DNA from: Selaginella moellendorffii
Taxonomy: Eukaryota > Plantae > Lycopodiophyta
NCBI RefSeq assembly: GCF_000143415.4
Contig: NW_003314394.1
Span: 364,484-385,285 of the forward strand
Direction of reading: 5' to 3'
DNA length: 20,802 nucleotides
In this document: positions 8,295-19,400 of the stretch, piece by piece
Layout: each line of letters starts with the position of its first letter
Position numbering within the stretch: position 1 is the first letter of the stretch
Made by a program: the position numbers and the translations under genes
The notes under the pieces: model-generated
What the model saw: only the letters and a program-made list of their open reading frames with translations
Databases searched by the model: none
What the model was told of the DNA's origin: nothing

Positions 8295-11200
8295 ATGGCC
8301 TTCAGGGTTGGGGAAAAGGTTTACATTTTGAATGGTGGGAAGAGAGTTGCAAAAGGGACCCTTGTGTCTATGGATCGGAACTTTGTTATACACTGTCAAA
8401 GGCTTGGGGAAGGCAATGCTGCTGTATCAGTAGAGACTGTCTTCGATGGGAATGTGGTCGCTATTGAACGAGGAGAGATGGTCGTCGGGGTAAATGTTGT
8501 TGTTGCCTTGAAAAATCTGCAGAAGAAAGCAGATGTTGGGGACAACGCAAGTGCGACGCATGTTCCCTCCGTGGATCTTAAGAACCGTGCTACATGGATT
8601 CAAGCAAAGGTGTTTCTAAACAACCCCGAGGGGGAGGTGGTAGCTGAGGGCTTAGCCACAGTTGTCGATCCAAGAGATGCGGTTGCTAATCAAGAATTGG
8701 GCTGGGATGATATTGGAGTTGCAATTTTAGAGGTTGTTGACACAGAAGAAAACAGTCTGACTATTGGAAGCATTGTGCGGTGGAAATTGAGGCACTTAGT
8801 GTTTGAGAATGTGAAGGATTCACAATCAAACACCACTACAACTGATGACAGAACATCTCTTCATGGGAAAAAAAAGTACACCTTCCTAAAGCGCAGCCAA
8901 AGGGATCTGAGCAACGAACCGAAAAGGCAGAAAATGGCGATGGAGGTTCGAATGGTCTCGACAGTTGCTTGTTGCAAGAGGAGGTGCTGTCAACATGCTG
9001 ATTGGGATGCTATTGAAGAGGAGAGAGCAAGATACAAGACATTGTCCTGGAAGGCAGCTCGCAATTTTGTGTATGAGGCATTACGGTCATCTGTTGATGC
9101 TTCAGAACATCAGGTGGGGGGCATGGTCTTCCAGAGGGGTTTGGTCTGCATGAAGGCATGGAGAATCATTTATGGAGTCCCTCGAAGCACATTCTACAGA
9201 ATCAAAACTGAGTTCGAGGAACAAAGGGTTCAACAGGTAGTCCATGGGAACGACGGTACGCACAAAACCAGGGGTCATGTTGTATATGGAGAGGCAATCT
9301 TCAAGAGGTTTGTCGAGACATGTAGCGAGCAGCAACCACATAAAACCCGCCTCTTGGAAGATGGAACACGAGACACCCAACGAGTTCTCCCTTCCATGTA
9401 TACCAAGGGGGCCATATTGGAAGATGTGAATCGGGAACTCCAGAGTAATGGCTACAGGAAGCTGAGCCAATCTAGATTTAGTAGATTGTGGAGCAACAGG
9501 TTCAGGGATGTGAGTATAGGAAAGTACTCCAGCTTTTCAAAGTGTGACGAGTGCACTGCTATCAAAATGGCTTTGTCGAAGAATTCTTGCAGCGCTCAAG
9601 AGCGAGAGACGTTGGTTAGAAGGCGGCTCGACCACAACATCGAGCAGAGAAGCTGCAGGACTGCATATTATCATAACAGGATTCTCTCCATGGAGAGACC
9701 TGACTCTTACCTCTGCATCATCCACGACAAAATGGACCAGAAAAAGACGTGCTTACCTCGACTCAATCCTGCCCCCAAGGCAATCTCTTCATCCATGCAG
9801 CTGCCTGTGTCTCTGTTTGGCATAATCGCTCATGGGCATGGTGCCCAGAACTATGGGAACTTCTTTGTACCTCTATGGGGTGGCGGGGGTGCAAACATGA
9901 TGATTGCGTCCCTAGCAAAACACTTAAGGTCTCTGCAAAGTGCGCAGACTGAGCTGAACGGCCAACCCTTGCATAAGGCCCTTGTCGATCGAACCCCATA
10001 CAGGGTTCAGCTGGAGGAGGAGCAAAGGCTTGCAGTATCGCGTGGGGCCCCATGCCATCCCAGTGAATATGTTGGCCGTCAGATTGTAGGGTTATCACGT
10101 GAGGCCTCATGCCATTCCGACGAGGCTGGTCGCCCGGTGAATGCACAGCCTCATCCAAACGAAGCAGAATCTCAAGGAAGTTCTTGCGGCCGATGTGGCC
10201 TTCCACCCCATCTTCTGCTCCAAACAGACAATGCTGGCAGTGAGAACAAAAACATGTACGTCTTCGCGTACTTGGCGATGCTTGTTGCCAAAGGCATATT
10301 TGAAACGGTTACACTTGGCTTTCTCATGGTTGGGCACACTCATGAAGACGTCGATGCCATGTTCAGTCACCTGGCAGAGTCCCTCCGGCGATCCAATGTC
10401 CTCACCCTCCCACAACTCTACGATGAATTCCAAAATTGCATCAAAGGCACTGTTGAAGCTGCACTTGTGACAGAGGTTCCAGACTTTAAGGGGTTTGTAA
10501 GAGGCTACATCAGGGACGGATCCGAAACGCTGATTGGCCACTCCAAGCCTCTTCAGTTTCATTTCAGCATGCGTGACGGTGCTCCAGTGATGAGGTACAA
10601 GATGAGAGAATGGGACACAGTGTGGCTGCCAGTGGACGGCATTGAACTCTTCAAGAGAGATCCCATAACTGGGGAACCTATGATTCCTCAGGGTTCCCCA
10701 CGGCCAATGCACCCGGATGGACTCAAAGACCAGGAAAGTATAGTGGCCGGGATTAGACAGCATATTGCCTTCTGGAAGAGGGGGTTGGTGTTTGGTGGAG
10801 AATCCTATTTTAAGAGGTGCAAGCCTTTGCTCGAATACTGGGAGAAGATTATATCTGCTATCCAAAATGGGCCGGTTGTATATGAAGAATTGGAAGAGTC
10901 CTTTTGGCCAGAACCCAGAGCACCAGATAGTAGCGGAACAATGTCCTCTGGAAATGCAGTGACAGATAACGATGTTGAGGATCATTATTGTGGGCCGAGG
11001 AACAAGAAGCCGGATTCAGCATTCAATCCAGTACAGGTCTGCAAAGGAATGGTCGTGCTTGTCAGACCCAGTAATAAAAAACAAATGATATGGGTGGGGC
11101 GCTGCATCACTGATGCAGAGGAGGACGCGGAAACTAACTCCTTCAATGTAACTGTGGAGTGGTTCAAGCCAAGTTCCGGATATACGAAGGATTGCCTAGA

Positions 11201-11436
11201 AAAGAGATGGGTGTTGAATCCAAGGGATCCCAGCATGAGCATATTGGTGGATAATGTTGTGCATGGTTGGATGCGGAAGCAGAGTGCCACCATCACCTTG
11301 CCAGACCATGCAAGAGATGCAGCAAGAGCATTCATAACCCGGGTTCAAGGTGAGATTCATTAATATTCCTTTACTAAGTTTCTAATGTATTTTATTTCAA
11401 GGTGAACAATCCGAATCTGAATCAGAGGAGGCGTGA
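8295..11436 (+). CDS. Sola-like / DUF7869-type DDD transposase, ~1029 aa (exons 8295-11349 and 11402-11436)
   Basis: Uninterrupted ORF with CCKRRCC, VCMKAWRIIYGVPRSTF (HTH-like) and SKCDEC..H (Zn). Putative catalytic aspartates lie in CIIHDKMDQKK, LLLQTDNAGSENKN and FLMVGHTHEDVDAMFS. A probable 52-nt phase-1 intron (11350-11401, gtgaga...ctaat...tttcaag) gives the C-terminus GEQSESESEEA*. Confidence 0.85.
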
Positions 11437-12028
11437 TGGCATGTGGCCCTTTGCACTAGTATATCTTAATACTGGTCTGAGAAATAGAATGGCATGTGCC
11501 CTCAGGCCTTTTACTAAATCACCTTTGAAAGAAATGCAAGCCTCTATGTCGTAAAAAAAAGGTACTAGAGAAATTCCTTAATAATATGAATGTTATTTAG
11601 TTTTATGAAAATACACTAAGGGTCAAATGAGTTAAATGACTTCTCCAGACTAGCAATGCCTCTTGCTACACCTTCACAATTAGATTCGTTAGAAAAAGAT
11701 AACATTGAATAATATCTAAATGTTCTCACCATTAAGTTATATGTCTGGCTAATAGGAATGACGTTCATCTTGGAAAGCTCACCACACGCTCAATGAACAA
11801 ACAAATAGTGTGTGCGCGCATGCCATCGCTCTTCTTTAGCTTCAGATTCGGCTTGTTCACCTTGACAATGAGATTTATTATACAACCAGATGGACTCAGT
11901 CTGGACACAAAGTCACCGCGCTAGTCACCATGCCCCAGATATGTCTAGCCCCTAGACAAAAAACATATAATTTCACGTCATTTTCAAATACTTGAAAATT
12001 TGTACCTAGTCCCATTTTACTGAATAAA

Positions 12029-12052
12029 TCCCACTTTAACGAAATAGAGCTT
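12029..12052 (-). repeat. Right TIR (TCCCACTTTAACGAAATAGAGCTT), followed by TSD AGAG at 12053-12056
   Basis: 24/24 match to the left TIR in inverted orientation. Confidence 0.95.
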
Positions 12053-13329
12053 AGAGGGTGTTTCTCCATTGGACTATAACTCTTGCCTTGGATTTCATGC
12101 TCAGGTTGCATTACCATTTGTATAGAAATTTTTCACTTGGCTCAGGCTATGTTCTAGGTTATTTGGCCCTTCCCTTACTATTACTCTACCCCACACATTC
12201 CCCCACCCATTCTATATCATCTACACTCACAGATCCACCACCAATCATTTTTAGTAGCATTTTCTACACTTACTTCCAAATGCCCGTCTTGCATCTTCCA
12301 TTCTTTCACCATTGTCCACATAGGTCATATTTACTCCATACCATGGACACAAATACACACACCGGTAGCAAAAGACATCACCTCATTTAAACATGTTGTT
12401 TTCAAAATATCATTATGACCATTTTCTGATGACGTGCTAGCTTTTCTAGAGTGACTTTCTTTCAACCAGATGAACCCATTCACTCAAAGCACCTAGGTGG
12501 ATTTTTAGGCAAGGCCACAGAAGTTGAAGCCACTTTCTCCTGCTCTAGCACTCAGTGGACATATACCACCTATCTTTACCAGCAATTCAGCGATTATGTC
12601 ATCCTTTTTTGTTGTGGTTTTCTTTAATCTGACATATCAGACTATAGGTTTGACACTTCTAGAGATGGCCACCTTCTCAAAGTGCCACCACCATCTTGGC
12701 ACTCCACCATATCACTCCATCTTTCATCATTTTTACACTTCCCACCCTTGGGTAATGCATTCCCTCTTCTACCTCTCTTTTTTTCTCGATTCGGCCAATC
12801 CTTACTTGAAGTCATCATGAGGCAATATTTGCATATTACACTTTCTTAAGGCAAAATTCAGGTACAGGTCTTTGGGTTCTCACTTTTTTTGCTTTTATTT
12901 TCTTTCTTTTTTCACACAGTTTGACTATAGAGATTTCTATTGGGTTTTCCACTCTATCTTCAAACTTCACCCCTACCCCTTTTCTGTCTTTTTCCATTTT
13001 ATTTTCCAGAGTTTCTACTAGTTCACGCAGTGACCAAGACTTGGCATTAGCAGCAAAGGTGCACTCTACACTTTTTGGGGGGTTCTCATGCATCTAGAGC
13101 TGGCAAGATCCACTGTGTGGGTGGGGGGGAGAATATTCCAATTCTTAGAATATTCTTTATCTTCCTTATATAAAACCCTTGCCCCACAAGGGCAAAGGGG
13201 GGGCATTTGTGGAGAGTATTAGAGCATTTTTTCGTATTTGAGCAAGTGTTGGGGGAGTGCCCTTCCTCCCCTCAGCAACTATTTGAAAGTAATTTTACCT
13301 TTAATAGACCAAATGAGAAAAAAAAAATG

Positions 13330-13600
13330 GTATAAACAGTGGAATGTGAAGTGGCATTTGTCCACCTCAAAGGAAAATTGAGGAAGGCTCTTATGTTAGT
13401 ACTACCAAACTTTGGTAAAAACTTTGAGGTAGAAATGAATGCTTTAGATTTTGTATTGGGCACAATTTTGAAGCAAGACAACTATCCAATGGTATTCTTC
13501 TTAAAATAGTTAGATAAGGCTCAACAAAAGTGCTCAAAAGAAAATATCATTAGCTAGAATGGCTAAAGATGTTCAAAACTATGTAAAAACATACCTAATA
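13330..13600 (+). pseudogene. Gypsy pol fragments (RNase H connection region and a small integrase piece)
   Basis: LVLPNFGKNFEVEMNALDFVLGTILKQDNYPMVFF..*LDKAQQ, then MAKDVQNYVKT. Boundaries are approximate. Confidence 0.7.
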
Positions 13601-13619
13601 TATTAGACATGTTCCTCCC

Positions 13620-14190
13620 ATGTCCTGTCCAAATGGATTAAGATATCATTGATGAAATCAGTAGTCATCTCCGGTATATTGCAAAGAACCTCATCCATCA
13701 TTTGCTAGAAAGTCGCTGAAGCATTATTCAAACCCAATAGCATCACCAAGAACTCATATAAAGAAAATGGTGTACGAAAAGTAGTATTCTTCGGCCATCA
13801 GTATTTGCTAGTACCCAGAAGTAAGATCTAGCTTGGTGAACCAACTACTTCTCCCCAGACGATCCAAGAGATTAGTAGTGTAAGGAAGAAGGTACATATT
13901 CAAGATTGTCACTTTGTTTAATGGAAGATAGTTGATGCAGAAATGAATATTTTCATCAAACTTCATTGTAAGATGAAGTTCACATGCCCAAGGATTTTGC
14001 AAATTTCGAATAACACCTTTTTTCAATATCTCCTTGATGTTTGCATGTAGAATCTTGATCTCTTTGGGTAACTAATGATGAATAGGAACTTTGATTGGAC
14101 GAGCATCCCCAGTTACAATTGGATGATATATGGCAATCTTAGCCCCAGACAATAGGTCAAATTGAAAGAGATCAACATATTCTTTCATAA
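13620..14190 (-). pseudogene. Degenerate Gypsy reverse transcriptase fragment
   Basis: FCINYLPLNKVT...YLLP...LLDRLGRSSWFTKLDLTSGY, TTFRTPFSLYEFLVMLLGLNNASATF and FINDILI (decayed YxDD). Boundaries are approximate. Confidence 0.8.
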
Positions 14191-14923
14191 GTGAGTTAAT
14201 TGTTACAACACAAAAACCGTTAGAGGGATCAGAAAAGGAAAGAGCGGAACAAGACAACAATATAGAAGGATGTAATGGGGAGACAAAAGTAATGGAAGCA
14301 GAGGTAAAAACGTAGGGACGAAGAGGTACAGAAGTGAGAAGAATGGATGAAATATAAGGAAGTATGACACAAGGGGATAAAGTCTCAAAATCACACTTGA
14401 TATGATTATGTTACAATTAATCTATACCAAAAATGAGGTCAAAAGCTTGACTCAGCATCACCCGCAATGACTACAATTCAAACTCGAGAATGCCTATATG
14501 CATAACTAAGTCCGCCTCATCCCATGCATATGCATATGTACGGTTGTTGCCATAAAGAATTGGTTTTGCCACACAACGTAAATGTAGATGGCAATATGTG
14601 GCAATAGGTCAAGCAATAGAAGATAAACTTGAACCTGTATGTAAGCTTTTGAATTTAGACTTCCTGGGAGGTCAGTCAACCTAATACTATTCAAACCCAA
14701 GGATGCTTAACCCTAAATATCCCAAGGCCCTTAACCAATTGGAAAAGAGGGTGCACTCTTATTCATGGGCCCTTTCCCTCTATATTTGAACTCCATAGAT
14801 CGTCTCTCGAATCATTCCCTTTAGTTGCTTACAATCCACCATGCTTCCTTGTAAGTTCACGCCCTCATGAACGAAAGCTGAGAGCCACAGCTCTCCCAAG
14901 AGCCCTGCTCTCTTAACACCCTA

Positions 14924-15863
14924 TGTAGCGCACCTGAATTTAGAGCCATACTCCAATCCCATTGCACTACGAACAAGGATCTGGTACAATCCCACGAGCA
15001 CCAACTCCCCGTATCCAGCACCTGCACGCAAAATGGTGTCAGACGGAGTCTGACACAATTTTGGCATACCGGTGGCCTAATGCGAGGAGGGTACTCCACC
15101 GACTAGAGCAGCGTGGAGCTTGGGCTTAGACCCAAGCCGGATGCAAAACAAGGAGCAACACAGCCCAGCGGGAGTCAAACTAATGTCTCAGGTGGTCGGA
15201 CATGCATTCCAACCACTATCTCTACTATACATTTGGAACCCCCCACAGCCCCCCCCCCCCCTCCCCCCCCCTCCCCCCTCCCCCTCTTTGAGGAACACAC
15301 GCTTTGGGCTTTCACCCCAAGCCTCCCTTAGTACCAGGAGTTAGTCTCTGGGACAAACTCGAAACTTACTAAATATGGAATGTCTTTAGATTGAGAATTT
15401 GGACACGGGACGAACACCATTGTGTTTAGGCTGATCTCTACATTCCATAGATATGCTAAATGAGCAAATCTAGACACTTTCCATAAATAGCATATGGGAC
15501 CGAAATGAGACCAACACTAAGGGCATGATAGCAAGGGTGTTTAGCAGACACGGTAAGCTATCATTTAGTGATATTGAGGGACTAGTCTCAATACGTAGGG
15601 GTTCTTGATACTAACAAGTGCAAGCTAATGACACGAGTTTCTCAAACCAGGCCAAGTATGCTCAACAAGAAACACATAAGGTTCCTACCTTATGTTTATC
15701 CGATTTAAGTACACGGTCATTGACCAGTTTCTCAACTAGCTCAAGTGGGAACAATAAAGGGAACCAACTGTATTGACCTTCTGCCGTCATGGCAGTAAGG
15801 AAAGAGTGTCTGTAAGGATTAGCCAACAAGTATCTTTCGACACCTGAAGTCACATTCGCGACA
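14924..15863 (-). repeat. 3' LTR (~940 bp)
   Basis: Ends TGTAGCG...CGCGACA form an imperfect inverted repeat. It abuts the PPT at 15864-15876, and its left end matches the sequence from 20756 onward. Confidence 0.8.
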
Positions 15864-15876
15864 CTCTCCCCCCCTT
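15864..15876 (-). promoter_or_regulatory. Polypurine tract
   Basis: A minus-strand purine run (plus strand ctctccccccctt) lies directly before the TG of the LTR. Confidence 0.8.
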
Positions 15877-16473
15877 GGGGAAGATTGACGTCCTAGTCGA
15901 TGTATACCTGAGTCTAGCAAACCGTCAAGGAAAAAATTTCGAAAGTTAACGGAAAGCACACTATGTGGAAAATAGACCGACTTAAATGAGTTATGGAACA
16001 ACCTCTCCTCTATGTCCAAAGACGTTAAGACTCAGACACCCTTTGGCTGTCGCCGATAAGGAAATGACTAATGGAGTTGGCCACCCTTGCTACTTTGAGT
16101 ACCACTCGGCTTACAAAGGAATGATACATCCCTGCCTGCAGGGACATAGGGAGAAGGCCAGAGGCCCAACTGCCCTTGAGCAAGAAATCAACCCCGTCGG
16201 GAAGATTTAGACAACTATTATAAACTGGCAGATTAAGTTGTTTACACGACCACTCCCTTTTTCGAAAATGAGTCATTGAGAGAGAGGCGGAGACTTGTGA
16301 TTAGTCTATAATAGTTATCCCCATGATTATAGATTGGACCCATGCAACGAAGTGCCAAAGTCAGCTTGCCAAAACTGACCCAAGTACGAATGAATGAAAG
16401 AAATGACACTTTGATTGATAGAAATATATTACTTTATTGATTTGCAAGATTTATTACAAGGTTTTTACAAAAA

Positions 16474-19400
16474 TTAGTCTTTATTACTATTCTCATACTC
16501 CGTGACAAGCTCATGAGCATGTGTAAGATTCCTAAGAGGTTCCCAAGTTAATTCACAAGTTGGGTAACCTTTCCACTTAACTAGATATTCCTTGGAATGA
16601 CCACCACTAGCTTTGCGAGACAAGAGAATCACTTTGACCTCATACTCCATGTCACCATTCACAACATCCGGAGGGGGACGAATGTCCACAGAGCGATTCG
16701 TAGCAACATGATATGGTGCTAGTAAACTGAAATGAAACACATCAGCCCTAGACCAACCTTGGCGTAGCTGCTCCGCATAAGTCTCAACAGCCAAGACCAA
16801 CATTTTGGACATAGGTTTCGGTACAACGATTTGTTGAGGAACCCCATGAGCATTCCCTTGCAGCATCTCCCATGGAGAACAGTCTATAGCACTGTGAAAT
16901 GTGTTGTTATAACATATTTCTGCTGTATCCAAATGCTCAACCCAATCGCGTTGGTCTGCCGCAACATAGTACCGCAAATAATCCTCAACTTGAGCATTCA
17001 CGCATTCGGTCTGCCCATCAGTCTGAGGATGATAAGCTGTACTAAATTTTATCTTGGTACCAAACAGCTGGAACAATGTGCCCCAAAACTTCCCTGTAAA
17101 CCTTGAATCCCTATCCGAGATCATTTTTTCGGGAAGACCACGAACCCGCACGACTTCATTGAAAAAGAGCTTTGCTGCTTGTTTCGCATTCACTGTTCCC
17201 ACAATTGGAATGAAGTGTGCAATCTTCGACAATCAATCCACAACCACCATCAAAGTATCATAACCCTTAGACTTTGGCAAGCAAGTGACAAAATCAAGTG
17301 TCACACAGGAACGGATATAATCCGCTATATCACCTTTCATACCAGACCAGAAAAATCCCTTTTTCAATGAAGCCAGAGTCTTTCGTTGTCCACCATGTCC
17401 CGCTGCTGGAACATCATGATATTCCTGCAGAAACAACTGTTGTAGATCCTTAGAGGGAAGATACAATCTTTCTTGTTTATAGAATATAAGCCCATCCCGA
17501 ACCGAGAAGTGAAGCTTTGCATTGGTGCGGTTAGCAACTTTCCCTGCCTCACTATCAGAGTTCTGCTTCGACAACTCTGCACGGCATAAGATTGCTTTCG
17601 CCAATGAATCACTTCCATACGAAGCCCAAACGTCCTCCAACCAGTCCAAACTGATTGCCGATATTGCCCAAAATTAAGCTTGACGACTGAACGCATCCGG
17701 AACAATATTGTCTTTACCAGGTTTATATATGATTTCAATATAATATCTAGAAAGCTTCTCTTGCCAACGAGCCTGCTTTGGCGTAAGCTTAGGTTGCGTA
17801 ATAAAGTAGCTTAGTGTGTTACTATCCGTATAAACCTTGGTATGTCCACCCAAGTAGTGTCTCCAGTGTTCTAGGGCCGACACTATAGCAAACATCTCTT
17901 TCTCATGCGTTGGCCATCTTCGTTGGGTCTCATCCAATTTCTTGGAATAAAACACAACGGGACAACCATGTTGCCTTAGCGTAACACCAACCACTTTGTC
18001 ACAATCTTGCTGTAACACGGCACCAATAGCATAACAAAATGCATCACAATGCACTTCGAAGGGTTTATCAAGATTTGGGATCTTGAGAACAAGAACCGTA
18101 GTCAAGATCTCCTTCAACCGTACAAAAGCATGCTAACAAGCTAGTGTCCAGTGAAACGGAATACTACTCTTCATCAACTCAGTCAATGGAAGAGCAATTC
18201 TTGCAAAATTGCAAACAAACTTGCAATAGTATCCCGCCAAACCAAGAAAGGAACGAATATCTGATACAGTGGTTGGAACTTCCCAGGACTTCACTACTTC
18301 CACCTTCCTTGGATTGACCTCAATTACGCCAGCACTAACTATATGTCCGAGAAAGTTTACGTGCAATTTTCCAAAAGCACATTTACTTTCCTTAGCATAC
18401 AGTTTGTGTTTGCGCAACTTCTGAAACACCAGCTCCAAGTGTTTCAAATGATCCTCCAATATTTTGCTAAATACTAGAACATCGTCGATGTATAGGACAA
18501 CAAATGTGTCCAAGTAATTTCTAAATATTCTATCCATCATAGTGTTGAACATTGCCGGAGCATTGCATAACCTGAACAGCATGACAAGGAACTCATAAGA
18601 TCCATACCGATCCTTAAAGGCTGTCTTCTCCACATTCTGATTTGCCACCTGTATCTGATGATACCCGGACTGCAAATCAAGTCACGTAAAATACTTAGCC
18701 TTTAAGAGTTGGTCAAACAATTCATCAATGCGAGGCAAAGGATAACTGTTTTTAACCGTGATCTTGTTGAGTGCCCAATAGTCAATACACATCCTAATAG
18801 TTCCATCCTTTTTCATAACAAAAAGGACCGGCGCTCTATAAAGTGACTTGCTTGGTCATATATGACCTTTGTCAAGAAGATCCGTGAGTTGCTTCTTGAG
18901 TTCAGCCATCTCTTTGATGTTCAACCGATATGGAGCTTTTGTAGGTGGTTTAGGACCCAGAATAACCTCAATTCGATGATCAACCTCACGACTAGGAGGT
19001 AGCCTTGGCGGAAAATCCTTTGGAAAGATATCTTGATTCCTCACCAACAACTCCAATATCCTCTTTGGTACAGGATCAACCCCGTCGCTGATTCGAACTG
19101 AGTCACCAACACCCTCAGCTTCCATCACTTGAACCCAAAAGGTATGACATCCCCTCTTAGCTGCTTTTTGAGCGGCCCTCGCAGTCAGGAACTTTGCATC
19201 CCAATCCTTTAAGGAACGCTTTTGCAACTGAAAGGATATATCAGGACATCCTTCTGACTTCAACGTGATATGACTTTGTCTAGCACCATAAATCTTTTTT
19301 ATATACTTGTTGAAGAAATCCATACCAAACACCATCTAAAAATCTGGTATTTTCAACACTACCAAGTCCACTTTTTCTTTCCACTTGGATATCTTTATTG

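Larger units (their letters stand above)
1550..11826. repeat. Dispersed 22-bp palindromic repeat family, consensus ATGGCRTGWGGCCWCAYGCCAT (~19 copies)
   Basis: Copies start at 1550 (degenerate), 1842, 2919, 2994 (perfect palindrome), 4226, 4417, 4558, 6057, 7316, 7376, 7453, 8032, 8130, 8200, 10037, 10094, 11436 (degenerate right arm), 11489 and 11805. A half-site is at 1888-1896. None were seen outside the TIRs. Confidence 0.93.
1456..12052. mobile_element. Complete 10.6-kb TIR DNA transposon (Sola-like / DUF7869-type transposase) with a large accessory gene
   Basis: Perfect 24-bp inverted termini are flanked on both sides by AGAG (1452-1455, 12053-12056). The element encloses a DDD transposase-like ORF and a divergent multi-exon gene. 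A 4-bp TSD is consistent with the Sola superfamily; the superfamily call is less certain than the element itself. Confidence 0.93.

Noticed and set aside
10035-10089. Possible GT-AG intron around the palindrome in the transposase
   Set aside because: Removing 55 nt would shift the frame ahead of the catalytic motifs, whereas the unspliced ORF is open.
1550-11826. Palindromic repeats as a CRISPR array or bacterial REP/RAYT system
   Set aside because: Spacing is irregular over 10 kb, there are no cas genes or HUH/Y1 transposase motifs, and the context is eukaryotic with spliceosomal introns.
12057-13300. Short ORFs (12058-12390, 12524-12820, 12836-13093)
   Set aside because: They are compositionally biased with no motifs, and probably represent the 3' region of the Gypsy remnant that the transposon interrupted.
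14201-14923. Possible solo or partial LTR starting TGTTACA
   Set aside because: No matching end, PBS, PPT or second copy is visible in the window.
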